From Vicugna vicugna (lineage: Eukaryota): a stretch of 64,000 nucleotides of DNA. The notes below the pieces were generated by a model. That model did not search any database. It was not told where the DNA came from and saw only the letters and a list, made by a program, of their open reading frames with translations. Shown here in pieces: positions 27,061 to 40,262 of this stretch. Within the stretch, counting starts at the first letter, position 1. Every line of letters begins with the position of its first letter. A program made the position numbers and the translations under genes. The DNA is taken from the NCBI GenBank assembly GCA_013265495.1, contig MU057651.1, positions 1,251,674 to 1,315,673 on the forward strand. The letters are read 5' to 3'.

Positions 27061-27904
27061 TCACACTTTCCTCCTTAATATTCTTAAAGTCCTGAACCAC
27101 TTGATTGAACGAGGCACAGTCTCTCATGGTGCATAGAATCTTATATTTCCCCAGACATGGAATCCGTTCAAGACCTATCTGTGAAATTATAATATTTATT
27201 ATAACAAGTTATAATACTCAAGTACCCCTACATCTCCCAGGTATCCCAGGAAGGAAATTAACATTTATTGATGGGCTACTTATTAGAAGTTTCATTGGCC
27301 AAGAATAATGATAACATTAATAATTATACATTTGTTGATATGACATTATAACACTTGGCAGTTTCCAGAACTTTGTAAATGGCTAGTGTCCTTGGATCCC
27401 TGTAGTAGCCTGTTAAGCAGACAATGCACTTGCTGCCATCTTGCATACCCATGTCTGAGGATGAAGGAACTGAATGACTCCTTCATGGTCTTCTGACTTG
27501 GATGGTGGACCTGAGCCTTGGGCCTATGTCTTCACACACCCCAACCCTATTCCTATTCCCTGCCCACCCTGCTCCAGCACTTTTATCCTACTGTACCACA
27601 TTGATGTGAATTCTGAGCTTCTGATACATAATTTACCCAGTCACTAGAATTCTAAGAACAAAACATCTCTTAGGTTTCCCCCTGATTTTATCCCTGAGAC
27701 ATTTATCTCTCTAAGAGCTATCTCTAAGGTGTGTGAGTTTTAAACTCTACCTAGAGGCCTGAGAAAACTGTTGATGCTTTTGATATAAATTCTGTGTGCC
27801 ACAGTTAAGACATCCACTACAGATTCAAAAACAGTATTTCTTGGGCCTAGACCCACAACAAAACTCTTTCAGTGTGATTCTCATTAGATCTTTTAGATTA
27901 AATT

Positions 27905-28068
27905 ATTTTATTTGTTTAACAAACATATATTTAGCCCTTCCAGTGTGCCAGGGGCTAGGAGTACAGCCATGTAGAAGGTCTGTAAGCTTTCTGGGCTTAC
28001 AGTCTGGTGGTAGTGATTCACAGCACATATCAATAGGTAGTGATATGTACTGCAAAGAAAAATAAAGC
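27905..28068 (-). mobile_element. L2 3'-end fragment
   Basis: atttgtttaacaaacatatatttagc...gtgtgccaggggctagga...gcttacagtctggtgg. Confidence 0.6.
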
Positions 28069-28814
28069 ACTTCAAAATTTTTGCTCAAACCATGAGATTA
28101 CTAAATTGCAATAGCTACCACTAACCACTGGTAGACTCTGTAAAAGAGTTAGTTACTGGGAAGATGGCCTCAGGAAGGGAACATTGTCTCTGACAGCCCT
28201 TAACAATTCCTACCTTCCTTTCCATCCTTTGGACGAAAATCTTGCTTTCTTGTATGGTTCTGAGGAATACTGATAGAGTTGGATTGTAAGGACACAAACA
28301 CTTAAAGACAGACCGAAGAGGGAGAACCATCTCGCAACAAGTACGTTTAGAATTGTGTTTATCTTTTATTCTTTAAGTGTAATGTCTTGCTTTATAGTTT
28401 GTTACATGAAGAACACTGAAAATAGATGGATTTTAAAGTATTGATTCAACTATACTATGTTTAACAAAGCACAGTATAAAAAAGCAGCCTCCTCAGATGC
28501 TTCTAGTTTTATGGCATAACACTGGAGAAGAAGTTCTTTTTGATATAAGTGTTTCTAAAGTTTTGAAGAACAGGGAGTCTGCAAGTTGGAAAGAAGCCAT
28601 TCTTACCATGAGGCAAATATACTTGAGTTTAATTTTTAAACTATAACTGCCGTTTGACCTTAAATTAAGACAGTCTGTTTCCATTGTGGTGTTTTACTGG
28701 TTTAACAATGAGAACATTTAAAGCAGCTGCCACCAATTAAAATGATTCAGAAATGCTGGTTGTAAATAAATATTCTTGAAGTTTTAACTCAATGAAGTCA
28801 GTCTTTTTTTTTTT

Positions 28815-29312
28815 TAAGTGGTACTGTCTTTCTGGAAAGCAATTAGGTAAAATGAATCAAGAGCTCTGAAAAATGTTCATACACTTTGATCTGGTAATTA
28901 TATTTCTAAAAAAAAAATCTATCCTTAGAAAATAAATCTGAGATCTGGATTAACTTCAGTGCACAGAGATGTTCCCCACAGTTTTAACGAGAAGGAAATG
29001 ATTACCTAAATTATGGTACACCCATATGATGGAATATCATAGAGCCATTAAAATATTTTTGAAGACTCTTAACCGTGTAGGAAAATGTTTATGAAATACA
29101 GTGGAAAAACAAACTATACAAAACCGTGCAGTATGATCTTAACTATGTGAAAATATTCATAGAGAAAGGGGTGTCAGGAAACATTGTAAATTTTAATTTT
29201 CTTTGGGTTGTGAGATTATGTGTGATTTTTTATTTTCTTCTTTTTACTTTTCTGTATTTTCTTAAAATTTTTTTACAGTGAATATGCTTTACATTTGTAG
29301 TGAATAAAAATG
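28815..29312 (+). mobile_element. Old L1 (L1MC/L1ME-like) 3' region
   Basis: tttctggaaagcaatt...ttcatacactttgatc...aaattatggtacacccatatgatggaata...agccattaaaa, followed by a T-rich 3'UTR and aataaa. Confidence 0.75.
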
Positions 29313-29597
29313 TGTAAGTGTTTTGATCCTTTCTTTCAGTGGGATGTTTTTTATGAATACCCAGTCCATTTATATTATTATGACATAAAGATTTTCATCT
29401 TTAGAGCATTTCTTCTTTCTAGTGAAGTTTTATGTTTTTAATCTTCTGCTTATTTTAATTTTCATAATATACATAGTCAGTGTGAACAATTTATTTTGTG
29501 CTTGCTCTAATTTTCAGGTGTTCTTCTTTAAAGGCAGTAATTCAGTTCCACATTGGAATACTATTTTTTAGGTGGTTTATATCAAACAATGTATACA

Positions 29598-29852
29598 TTC
29601 ATAGTATGTGATAAAGAGAGTTGATCCTGTAGCCACAGTTCCTGGGTCCAAGTCCTGGTCCTACCACTTCATAGCAATGTGACAATTGACAAGTTAATTG
29701 TCCTCTCTGATCCTTAGTTTCCCTATCAGTAAAATGGGGGGGTAATAGTAGTATCTACCTCATAGAGTTATGGTAGGGATTTAAAGAATTATGACATGTA
29801 AACACTTGAAAAAAGCCTGGCACATAGGAAATATTCAGTAAAATTTAGCTAT
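29598..29852 (+). mobile_element. MIR
   Basis: cctgggtccaagtcctgg...acaagttaattgtcctctctgatccttagtttccctatcagtaaaatgggg...tacctcatagag...gcctggcacatag. Confidence 0.82.
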
Positions 29853-29854
29853 TT

Positions 29855-29890
29855 TAGTGTATATATATATATACACTACTAAAATATAAC

Positions 29891-29922
<32 letters not shown>

Positions 29923-29945
29923 TATATATGCACACAAACATATGC
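29855..29945. repeat. Compound (TA)n/(CA)n microsatellite
   Basis: Seen directly. Confidence 0.9.
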
Positions 29946-30479
29946 ATATTGTCATGATCATTTGCAAAATGTCCTTTTTATCTGTCTTATTCTTTTATAC
30001 AGTTGTAATTTAAAAATGAAAATTTTTGTCTTATTTTCAGGTAATTAGTTTTCCTTTCATGCTTTGAAATTATTTTTTTAAGTTCCCGTATTTTCAGCAA
30101 TAGAAAACTTGTTGATTTGTTTTCCAATCATATTTTCTTTTTCCATATTTGGAACTGATGATCATTCAGGCGGGCTGGATGGGATGGCAATTGGCTTTGC
30201 TCTTGTTATAAAAGAACTTCTGTTTTTATGTGAAGAGTTGATGTATTCATTACCAGTTATTATCATCTATTAAATTATTTACCTTATTTACTAAAGTACC
30301 ATTTTAGTAGCGAAGGAAGAGGGATGGGCAGGTAAGTGTGAGTGTACCGCAGAGTAATAAAACTACATTTGTTTCATTTTAAACTCTGTAATCCAGACTT
30401 CTCTAATTCAAACTGCTCTTCCCAGACAGATTTGGGGTAAAAAGAGAGCTATCTTTTAGTGAATAATACACTGGGCTTA

Positions 30480-30552
30480 CATATATATTACACACATATA
30501 TATGTTACATTTTATATATGTATATATATATATATGTTACACTTACATATAT
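30480..30552. repeat. Degenerate (TA)n-rich repeat
   Basis: atatatatgttaca is repeated. Confidence 0.8.
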
Positions 30553-32561
30553 TATGTAATTTTGTAATCTGTATAACTTTTATTGTAAGTAAAATAATCA
30601 TTAGGCAGTTTTTCTGTCTTACATTACAAAATGAGAAATGTGTTCCTATGGAAAACTATTTGGATTTAAGTGATTAACTGTTCTTTATAGTTATTTACAA
30701 TAATTTTGCCTTTGCTCAGTTTCATTTCTTTGAAGAAGAGCTGCTTTTGTGGTATGTTTACATTGTCAGAATGAGGAAAGACGCTAAGAAAGTTTGAAAA
30801 CATGAAGCTGATCCCTGAAAGACTCTTTCTGATAAAAAGATTTTTCATCAGTCTAGCAGTATTCAGCTGAGACCAGTAGAGTCCAGAGATCTGTGTCTTT
30901 AATGGGAAGTTTAGTTAGTGTTTAATGCCAAGAAAAGGTGGGAGAGGTAGAGCTGATGGAAAATTATACATCCCCTGGTCTTTGGTTCTGCGGCTGTATC
31001 AGAACGCAAGATAAAGTATGATGTTCCCTATGTGCATTTCAGATCTGAAAATAGAGAGCTCTAGTTTAAAATAAAATATATTTTTCATCTGTGGGATTTA
31101 TCTAAAAAGCAAAGGTTTGGGGATTGTTCTTACCGGTTTTAAAGAAGACCAGGTGGACTCTAGAGAAAAAATTAGCTTTCAGGGATGAGCATGTTCAATA
31201 GCTCAGGTGGCAAATCTTGCTTTCTTGTTGTATTAATGTGATGAAGCCAAGTAGGTCACTGTCATTTCCAGACCCTAAACACCACCTTTGGCTCATTTGT
31301 AGTCTGCCATGTACCTTGCAGTTCAGCTGGAGGCTTTTTAAACCAGAGCCTTTAAATATACAGAGGAAGTTGTTGTACTGATGCTTGATGGTAGGGCTGC
31401 TGTGTTCTTTCTTATCTTCCCAGGGAGTTTGGAGCCTTTGTTTAGCTTCTGTTTCATTTGTTTACAAAGTTATAGGCTTTGAAGTAGGCAGTTATATAGG
31501 ACTGCCTAAAGAGAAGTGTAAAGCAAGAAGGTAAGCAATTTTTCTCACTTCACTATTACCTCAGTTTCTTCGCCAGTGTCATTCATGGATTTTGCTTTTT
31601 TTCCTCATAGGCTGTGCAGTGGCTTACTGCTATCCTAATCTTCTGTGGAAACTTGTGTTCTGTGCCTCCCAGACTAAAAGCTGTTTCAACTTACTTTCCG
31701 ACCGTTGAACTTTCGTGGCATTGCCTGATATATTAGTAGGAAATTTTTAAAAATAACTTTTGATATGAGAATTTAATGGCACATATCACTGTATTTCTTC
31801 TGTTTGTTCCATGTTAAAAGATCTTTGTATGTCTGGTTTCCTTAATGTGGAATTCCTGTCCTTAGGTGACTGCCCTTCTGCAGATGTGGCACTATGATTA
31901 CAAGACTTGTACTATTAAGACTGTGATAAACTCAGTGTTATCTAGTACAGTAGTGAGGCAAATAGCTGAGCCCTAAGGTTGTTTAAATCGTCATAGCTGA
32001 AAAAACAGCCCTTTAAAAATAGTAATAACAAAACATACCTATATCAGACATCATTCAAGATTATTAATAACTTCCTCAAGATTTTTTTAAGTGTTGTAAA
32101 TAAGGTTGTTCAGTTTGCATTTACTTTTTTTTTAAACTTGTATGGAGGGAGAATAAGAGGAGTGAGCTATTTTTGGCATGGACTTAAAGAAGGAAATATC
32201 ATTGTGACTGGTAACTGACACTTTTGTCAAGTTCAGTTCATACCTGACTGCTTTAATTTTTTTATTTCATTACTTTGGATTTTAGAGTTCCTGATTTGAT
32301 ATTTTTTAAGAGTGACATCTCTAACCTTTTGGTTCTGAACAGTACATTGCCCCTGAAATTGGTTGAGTCACTTCATATTCTTCTAAAAGTGCACCAGCTG
32401 TCAAAGCTGAAGAGATCTGTCCCTTTTGCTTTCGGCTTCCTGAACCATTTTCTTGCTTGCTGTAGTCATCTACTATTTGTGGTAGGCTTTTTCCACATTT
32501 AATATGTGAAACCTACCACAGAGTTTGACCCTTAAAGTGACTCAGTGTTAAAAGGCTTTGA

Positions 32562-35500
32562 GACTTCCACTTTGATCCATGAATGAGTAACTGTAATAAG
32601 ACTTGTTCCCTTCTGCCTTGTATACTCCATAAACAACTTGGAGCTGGACAAAATATCTGAAACAACCGTTCTCAGACATTGGCAACAGGTAGCACAGGAG
32701 TGTGTGATCCCTGATTAAAAGGGAGCAAATGAAACGAGCCCTACAGTCACCTGGGCTTTTTGTCTGCGGGCAGTTTCTGGACTATAGCATTGTGAGAGGG
32801 AACCCAAGCAGAGCATGCAGTCTTATTGAATTGATGAAACAGAGGTAGGAACTCAGGGAGGCCTACCTAAGTGGCAGGAATTTGTAGAGCAGAGTACTCC
32901 AGAAATCAGCATAAATGTCCCCTTTATCTTTGGCTGAATTATGAATTTGTGCATGTGTTGAGAGAAATGCAATGGGGCCAGGCAAAATACTATTGCTCAG
33001 AAGCTATAAGCTGAAAATTCATCAGAGCTCATAGACGACTGGTAGACATTTGAGTTCCTACAGCAAGAGTTGAGAGACCTTGTTGAACGCCCAGAGCATT
33101 TAATAGAGACCCTAGAAGGATCATTCCTAAGTAGTAGAGCTAATGTAGCCCTAGAGTAAAGGGTACTTTGAACCCGGACTAACAAAACTTAAAACCAAGT
33201 CTTAAAAAAGAATTATCCACAAAAAATTTAGATGCACGACAAAACAAGCTTCAGTACTCTTTGATGGAAGACAGTAAAAGCAAAACACTCAAGAATATAA
33301 TGATTATAATAGCTGATATCCAAAAAATTACTGGACATTCCAAGAAGCACTAAAATGTGACCCATAACCAAGAGGAAGTCAGTCAATAGAAACAGAACCA
33401 GAACTAACAGTTATAGAATTAGCAGATGAGGACATTAAAACAGCCACGACACTATGTTTAACAATTGAAAGAAAAACATGAATATAATGAAGAAAGAAAT
33501 TGAAGACATATAAAGAATCAAATAGAACTTCTGGAGCTGAAGAGTATACTATATGGAGTGATAAATTCACTGGATGAGATTAATAGCAGATTAGACTGCA
33601 CATGAAAGCATCAATGAATTTGAAGATACAACAATAAAATTATCCTCTCTGAAGGAGAGAATGGGAAAAACTGAAGAAAAGAAAGAGAAAGCCTTAGTCA
33701 ACTGTGGGACAATACGAGCAAACTAATATACATGTAATTGAAGTCCCAGAAGGAAAGGAGAGAGAGGAATAGGCAGAAAAAAATAGTCGAAGAAATAATG
33801 GCTAACATTTTATGATTGGAAATGATAAATGCATACATAGATCCAAGAAGCTCAGACAACCCTATGTGCAATAACCACAAAGAAAACCACTCTAAGACTA
33901 TTATGATCAGATTGCTGAAAACCAGTGATAGAGTGAGCATTGAAAAGAAGCTAGAGGAGAAAAGAAACATTACATATGGAAGAACAAAGATAAGAAATCA
34001 TACACATCTCATCAGAATCAATGCAAGTGAGAAGACAATGGAATGACATGTTTAAAGTGCTGAAAGAAAAAGTACTGTCAACCTCAAATCCTATCTCCAG
34101 TGAAAATCTTAAAAATTGAAGCAAAAATAAATGAAGGTGAAATATATTTTTTTCAGACAAAAACTGAATTGTCACCAGCAGACCTGAACTACAAGAAATA
34201 TTGAAGTTCTTCTGGCTGAAGGAAAATACCAGATGGAAACTTGGATCTCTAAAAGTAATGAAGCGTTCCAGATAAGTGTGGTAAGTGTGGGATAAATAGG
34301 AAAGACTTTTTTTCTCATTTTAAAATTTTTTAAAAAGTTAGCTTTAAAGCAAAATTAGTAAGTCATCATGGAATTTATAAGGTATGTAGATGTCAAAGGT
34401 ATGACAATAGCCCCAAGGCATGGAAGGAGTGAAATGAAAGTATGCTTTCATTGAAAGTATTCTAAAGTCCTTATGTTGTATGTGTAGTGATGTAATATTA
34501 CTTGAAAGTAGTTTGCAGTAAATTAAAGATGCATCATTTGCAACCTGGAATAACCACCAAAAAAGGTATAATTAGTAGGTTAATAATGGCTATAAAAATG
34601 AATGATAAACTATACTTATCTAATCCAAAAGAAGACAGAAAAAGAGGATCAGAGAACAGATGGGAAACAGAAAACAAAAATCAAATATAAAGAACACAGC
34701 AATATCAAAGTTACATTCAATATAAGTGTCTAAACACTCCAATTAAAAGGCTGCATTAAAATGCAAGACCCAACTATGTACTACTGTCTATAAGAAACCC
34801 ACTTTAAGAATAAAGGCACAGAGGTTCAAAATAAAAAGATGGAAAAAGATATATCATGCAAGCACTAGTAATAAGAAAGCTGGAGTGACTATGTTAATAT
34901 GAGATAAATTAGACTTCAAGATTGAGGGAACATTTCATAATGATAAAGTGGTCAATTCATCAAGAAAGCAATAATCCTAAATATGTATGCTCCTAACAGA
35001 GCCTCAAAATACATGAAGAAATAAAAACAGATACAAATGAATGGATAAGTAGACAAAACCACAGTTACAGTTGAATATTTCAGTACTCTCAGTAACTGAT
35101 AGAATAAGTAGACAGAAAAGTCAGTGAGGAGATAGAAAATCTGACCAATACTTTCTACCAACTATACCTAACTGACATTTATTATAAAACCCTGGGCCTA
35201 ACACTACCAGAATACATTTTCTTTTCAAATTTACATGGTACATTCATTAAGAATTCTAGGCCATAAAACAGACCTCAGCATATTCAAAAGAATTGAAATA
35301 ATACAGTTTGTTCTCTGACCAAAATGGAATTAAATTAGAAATCCACAAAAAGCCATCTGGAAAATTCTCAAATATCAGGAAATTACAGAGTTTACCTTTA
35401 AATAAATCATGGTCAAAGAAGAAACTATAAGGGAAATGAGAAAATATTTTGAACTAAATGATAATGAAAACACAACATATTAAAACTTGTGGAATGCAAC

Positions 35501-37453
35501 TAACAGTGCTTAGAGGGAAATTTACAGCTTTAAAATAAGGAAGATCTAAAGTCAATAATCTAAGATTCCACCCTAAGAGGCAAGAAAATGAAGAGCAAAT
35601 TAAACCCCAAGTAAGTAAGAGGAATAAAATATTAGAAGAGTAGAAATCAATAAAAATAGAAAACTAACAATAGGAAAAAAAATCAACTAAATCAATAGCC
35701 AGCTCTTTGAAACAATCAATAAAATTGATAAACCTATAGCTAGACTGGTAAAGACAAAAAAGAGAGAAAAGACACAAATTACCAATATCAGGAAGGAAAG
35801 AATAGATATCACTACAGGTTCGACGGACATGAAAAAGATAATAAGGGAATATTATGAATAACTTCATGCCAGTAAATTCTAAACTTAGATGAAATGGAAG
35901 AATTCTTTGAAAGACACAGATTACCAAAATTGACTCAGAAAGAATGAAAAAATCTGAATAGCCTTATATCTATTAAAGAAATTAAATTTGTAATTAAAAA
36001 TTATCCCACAATTAAAATCTAAGCTTCAGTGATTTCAAACATGAATTTTATTAAATATTTAAGAAACAAGTTAACCAAACTTGTAAAAAATAGAGAATTC
36101 TTCCCATCTCATTCTGTGAGGCTGGCATCACCATGATACCAAAAACTGACAAAGATATTACAAGAAAGCCACAGAGCAGTGTTCCTTATGTACATACACA
36201 AAAATCCATCACCAAATATTAAAAAATAAAAAAATGAACCTCAATCTTTACCTTACAGTTACACAAAAAGTAACTCATAATGGATTATAAACCTAAATGT
36301 AGAAGCAGAAATTATAAAACTTCTGAAATAGAATGGGAGAAAAACTTCATGACTTTTGGATAAAGATTTCTTTTATTGGACACAAAACCATGAACCAGAA
36401 GAGAAAAACTGATAAAAAATAAACTTCATCAACATAAAAAAACGTATGCTTTTCAGAAGATACCATTAGGAAAACAAAAAAGCAAACCACAGACTAGAAA
36501 ATTATATTTGTAGTACAATTATGTGATAAAGATTGGTTTCCAGAATATATTTTCTAAAAACCTACAACTCAATAAAAAGAAGAAAAACAATCCAATTTAA
36601 AAATGAGTAAATGAGTTGAACAAACACTTCCCAAGAGAAGATACGTGAATGAATATTAAGTACTTGAAGAGTTGCTCAATATTCTTAGTTATCAGAGAGC
36701 TGCAAATTAAAACCACAACGACATATCCCTACACATTAACTTGAATTTTTTAAAAAAAGACAATATCAAGTATTGATGTGGTTGTGGAACCACTCATACA
36801 GTACAGGTAGGAATGTAATTGGTACAGCTACTGGAAATTGGTACAACCAATTGGAAAATAGTCTGGTAGTTTCTTACAACGTTAAGCAACACCTACTCAT
36901 GGCTCAGCAGTTTTCTTTGTGGGTGGTTACCTAAGAAGAATGAAAACTTACGTTCACACAAAAATTTGAATGCAAATGTTATCGTAGCAGCTTTATTTAT
37001 AATAGTCCCAAACTGGAAGCAACCCAAATATCCATCAGCAACTGAGTAAATAAACAAAAATTGTGGTATATCTACTCAGTGGACTATTACTTAAAAATAA
37101 AAAGGACCAAACAACATGAATGGCTATCAAAAGCATTATTCTAAGTGAAAGAAGCTACACACAAGACTACATATTTGGATTATTCCACTTACATGAAATT
37201 CCAGAAAAGGCAAAGCTATAGTGACCAAAAGCAGGTCAGTGTTTGCCAAGCCAAGGTCCGGGAGGGGAGGGAATTGATTGTAAAGAGACACACAAGGCAA
37301 CTCTTTGGGGTGATAGAAATGTTCTGTACCTTGATTGTGGTTTAGGTTACCTGTATGTACACGTTTGTCAAAATTCATTGGATTTTACACTTAAAATGGG
37401 TGTTTTATTGTATATAAATTATGCTTTAATAAAGTTGATTTTTTAAAAAGAAA
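32562..37453 (+). mobile_element. Old L1 (L1ME-like) retaining both ends: 5'UTR, decayed ORF1 (about 33.4-34.25 kb), decayed ORF2 (from about 34.7 kb) with an internal deletion, and 3'UTR
   Basis: 5' end gacttccac. ORF1 motif ctgtgggacaatac. Endonuclease start acattcaatataagtgtctaaacactccaattaaaagg. ORF2 motifs ttgtggaatgca and tcattctgtgaggctggcatcaccatgataccaaaa. C-terminal caaattaaaaccacaa. 3'UTR ending aataaagttgattttttaaaaagaaa. Confidence 0.92.
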
Positions 37454-38835
37454 GCACTCTGGAGGTGAGGATGTCAATTCTGTGTTAAGAAAAAAAAACA
37501 CTTAATCTCTTGGATATTTCATGATAGATGTTCTTGAAAAGTGTCTTCTGAAAGGTGAAAAAGGAAGGGAAGAAAAAAAACCGAAGGCGACAAAAGCTGT
37601 CCTGATAAAAATACGGCCTCAGTTGAGTACTTTGTCCCTAGATCCGCCTTTCTTCTCCCTAAAATGAGAAAGCCTTGCCGAATTCCTGCTGCAAAGCTGA
37701 GTCTATCCAGCTCCTTTCCCCTAAAGGAACAAGTACAAGGACCTTAAAATTGAAACAGTTACCTTTCTAAACCCGGAAAACATGTGAAAAACAAATACAT
37801 CACAGTTTATTGCAGATCTTACTTACTAAGCTGGCACATTACATGAGCTCTCCTTGGAATGGGAAACAAGATAATCTAGAATGAAGAAGCTGAATAACTC
37901 TCCAGCTGTTTTTATATTAGTGTTTAAATCAATCAGCATATTATTTCCTGTGACACGCTGGTAAAAGATAGGTCATTAGCTGGGGAGGTAAGATTAAAGG
38001 ACAAACCCAAACCAAACCAAAACAACCTCCTTGGTTGTTTTCATTGTTTTGTTTTAAATGTTATGAATTCCCTCACCATCTGGCATACAAATAGTCAAAT
38101 GGAAGCACCAAATAGTTCCATAAAAGTTTTTAATGGCATAAAAAAAGTAAAAGTTGACCATATCAATCAATATTCATTCTAAAACCCCTGGATCTAGTTC
38201 TCCTAGTTCTCTTAGTTTTGCTTATATTGAATCTAGACATCTTAGAACTTCAGTAGAAGGTCATCCTTTTTGGCCTGGTCTCTTTTATATTAAAATAATT
38301 AAGTCTTTTCATGATAAAGGCTGAGTCTCAAACTTTAGAGTTCTTTGAACAAATGGTTTCAGAATAGGAATTTCAAATAGAAATTATTTCATTTTGGAAA
38401 TCTGTAGTAATTTGTCAGTTAAAATTTATTTAATGAGTTAGATTTTCAGATAATAAAAATTTGTGATTTGTTCCTGTTATCAGAAAAAAAAACCCCAGCT
38501 ATTTCATCCTTCAAATGCTGCCATATATTAAATTTAATACCCATTGCAGTGTAAACTAATAAAAGAAAATATGAGCAAATACAGTGTTTTTTTCCAATGC
38601 AGGTAGCTGTTCTCATCTAATTCAGGGCTTTAAAAATGAAAATAATAATGAGACTGTCTCAGTGTATCAAGCCTGAGACTGATTTTTTTTAATTTACTGA
38701 AAATTGTTGATTTGGTTTTGCTAAAAGGAAGAAATGGTCCTTTCAGTTCAAAAATTGGCAGAATCAAGCTAATCCCTTGGAGCAAGCTTGTGATTTGGCT
38801 AGTTGTATGTTGGTGGTGATTACCCTTGATTTACA

Positions 38836-38863
38836 ACACACACACACACACACACACACACAC
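38836..38863. repeat. (AC)14 microsatellite
   Basis: Seen directly. Confidence 0.95.
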
Positions 38864-39872
38864 CACTCTCTGTCTCTGTCTCTGAACCTTCCCAATCGTC
38901 TGTAAGACTTTAGACTGCTTCTGTTCCTGTGGCATTTGCCAGTTAAATTAGCATTATATTTTTAAAAAAGAATATAATGCTGCTATGATAGAATTTCAGG
39001 GACCACCAGGCAGAGAAAAGTACTGAAAGACTGGTAATTCCTGATTCCCACTTGCAGGTATTTGTGCTCTTCTGTGCTGACCCATGCTGTCTGTTTAAGT
39101 AGTATCTCCTTATTTCCCTAAGCCCCATGGATACAGGCTAGTTACAAAGGTTGGAGGGAGGAGTATTTTATAAGGCTGTAACAGTGATTTAGTGTGTTTT
39201 CCTTATCTGCCATAAAGGACTGGTGTGGATGAGAAAGTGTAAAATGCATTGGAACCTTTCCTTACCACCCACCTCTGCCCCCAGTATACCTCCTCCTGTC
39301 CCTTTCAAGGCTTCCTATCAATTTGAATTTCAAATTATCTGAAAGACTTAGGCTTCATTCATTCACTAATTATTCATTCATTCATTTAAACACCTCATTA
39401 AGTGATATGAATTACTTAAACAATCACCAATAATAGTATAGAAGCTTGTATATTTGGTCTAGGGTTTCTAGGTTGATCCAGCATTTCCAGGTTATCGTGA
39501 TATCTTCTCAGCTAATTTCTCTTTCCCCTCATGAGAGGAGGAGGAGGAGACCTGTACTTATGCTCATCTGTGTGGTACTATGTAGTACTATTCATGGGAT
39601 TTTCCTATTCCTTAGAAGACATCAAGGTTTGCTACTCACAATTTCTTTCCCTGTACTGAGGAATAAATTCAATCAGTAGTAAGAAAATTTGGAGAACTAG
39701 CCAGGTTCTAACACTAACCAGTTAACCCTGCAGTTAGTCTCTCTGGATAGCTTTCTGTTTTTCATCTGTAAAATGAAGAGGAAATAGATAATCTCGTAAA
39801 AGCTCGTTCAGCTAATAACCTTAGATACCTTATTATGTAAACTTCAAACTGCTAAAATTTTTGTTAGGGATT

Positions 39873-40262
39873 TACTATGGACTGAGTTGTGTCCCCACAA
39901 AATCCATCTATTGGAACCCTAATCCCCAGTGTGACTGTATGTGGAGACAGGGCCTATAACGAGGTAATTAAGGTTAAATGAAGTCATAAAGATGGGGCCG
40001 TGACACAATAGGGTTAGCGTCCTTATGAGTGATACTAGAGAGCTCATGTGCATGCTCACTCTCTTTCTGAAGCTCAGAGGAAAGGCCATGCAAAGACAAA
40101 GCAGCCAACTACAAGCCAGGAAGAGAGCTCTCAGAAACAGAACCCTTCTGGAACCTTTATCTTGGACTTTCTATCCTCCAGAACTGTGAGAAAATAAATT
40201 TCTGTTTTTTAAGCCATCTAGTCTGTGGTATTTCGTTATGGCAGCTCGAGCAGACTAATATG
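39873..40262 (+). mobile_element. MLT1A-like solo LTR (ERVL-MaLR)
   Basis: tactatggactga...gtaattaaggttaaatgaagtcataa...ggactttctatcctccagaactgtgagaaaataaatttctgttttttaagcca...gactaata. 5-bp TSD-like flanks ggatt/gggtt. Confidence 0.9.

Noticed and set aside
33379..37446. Cluster of short ORFs
   Set aside because: These are fragments and antisense frames of a decayed L1 with many stops and frameshifts.
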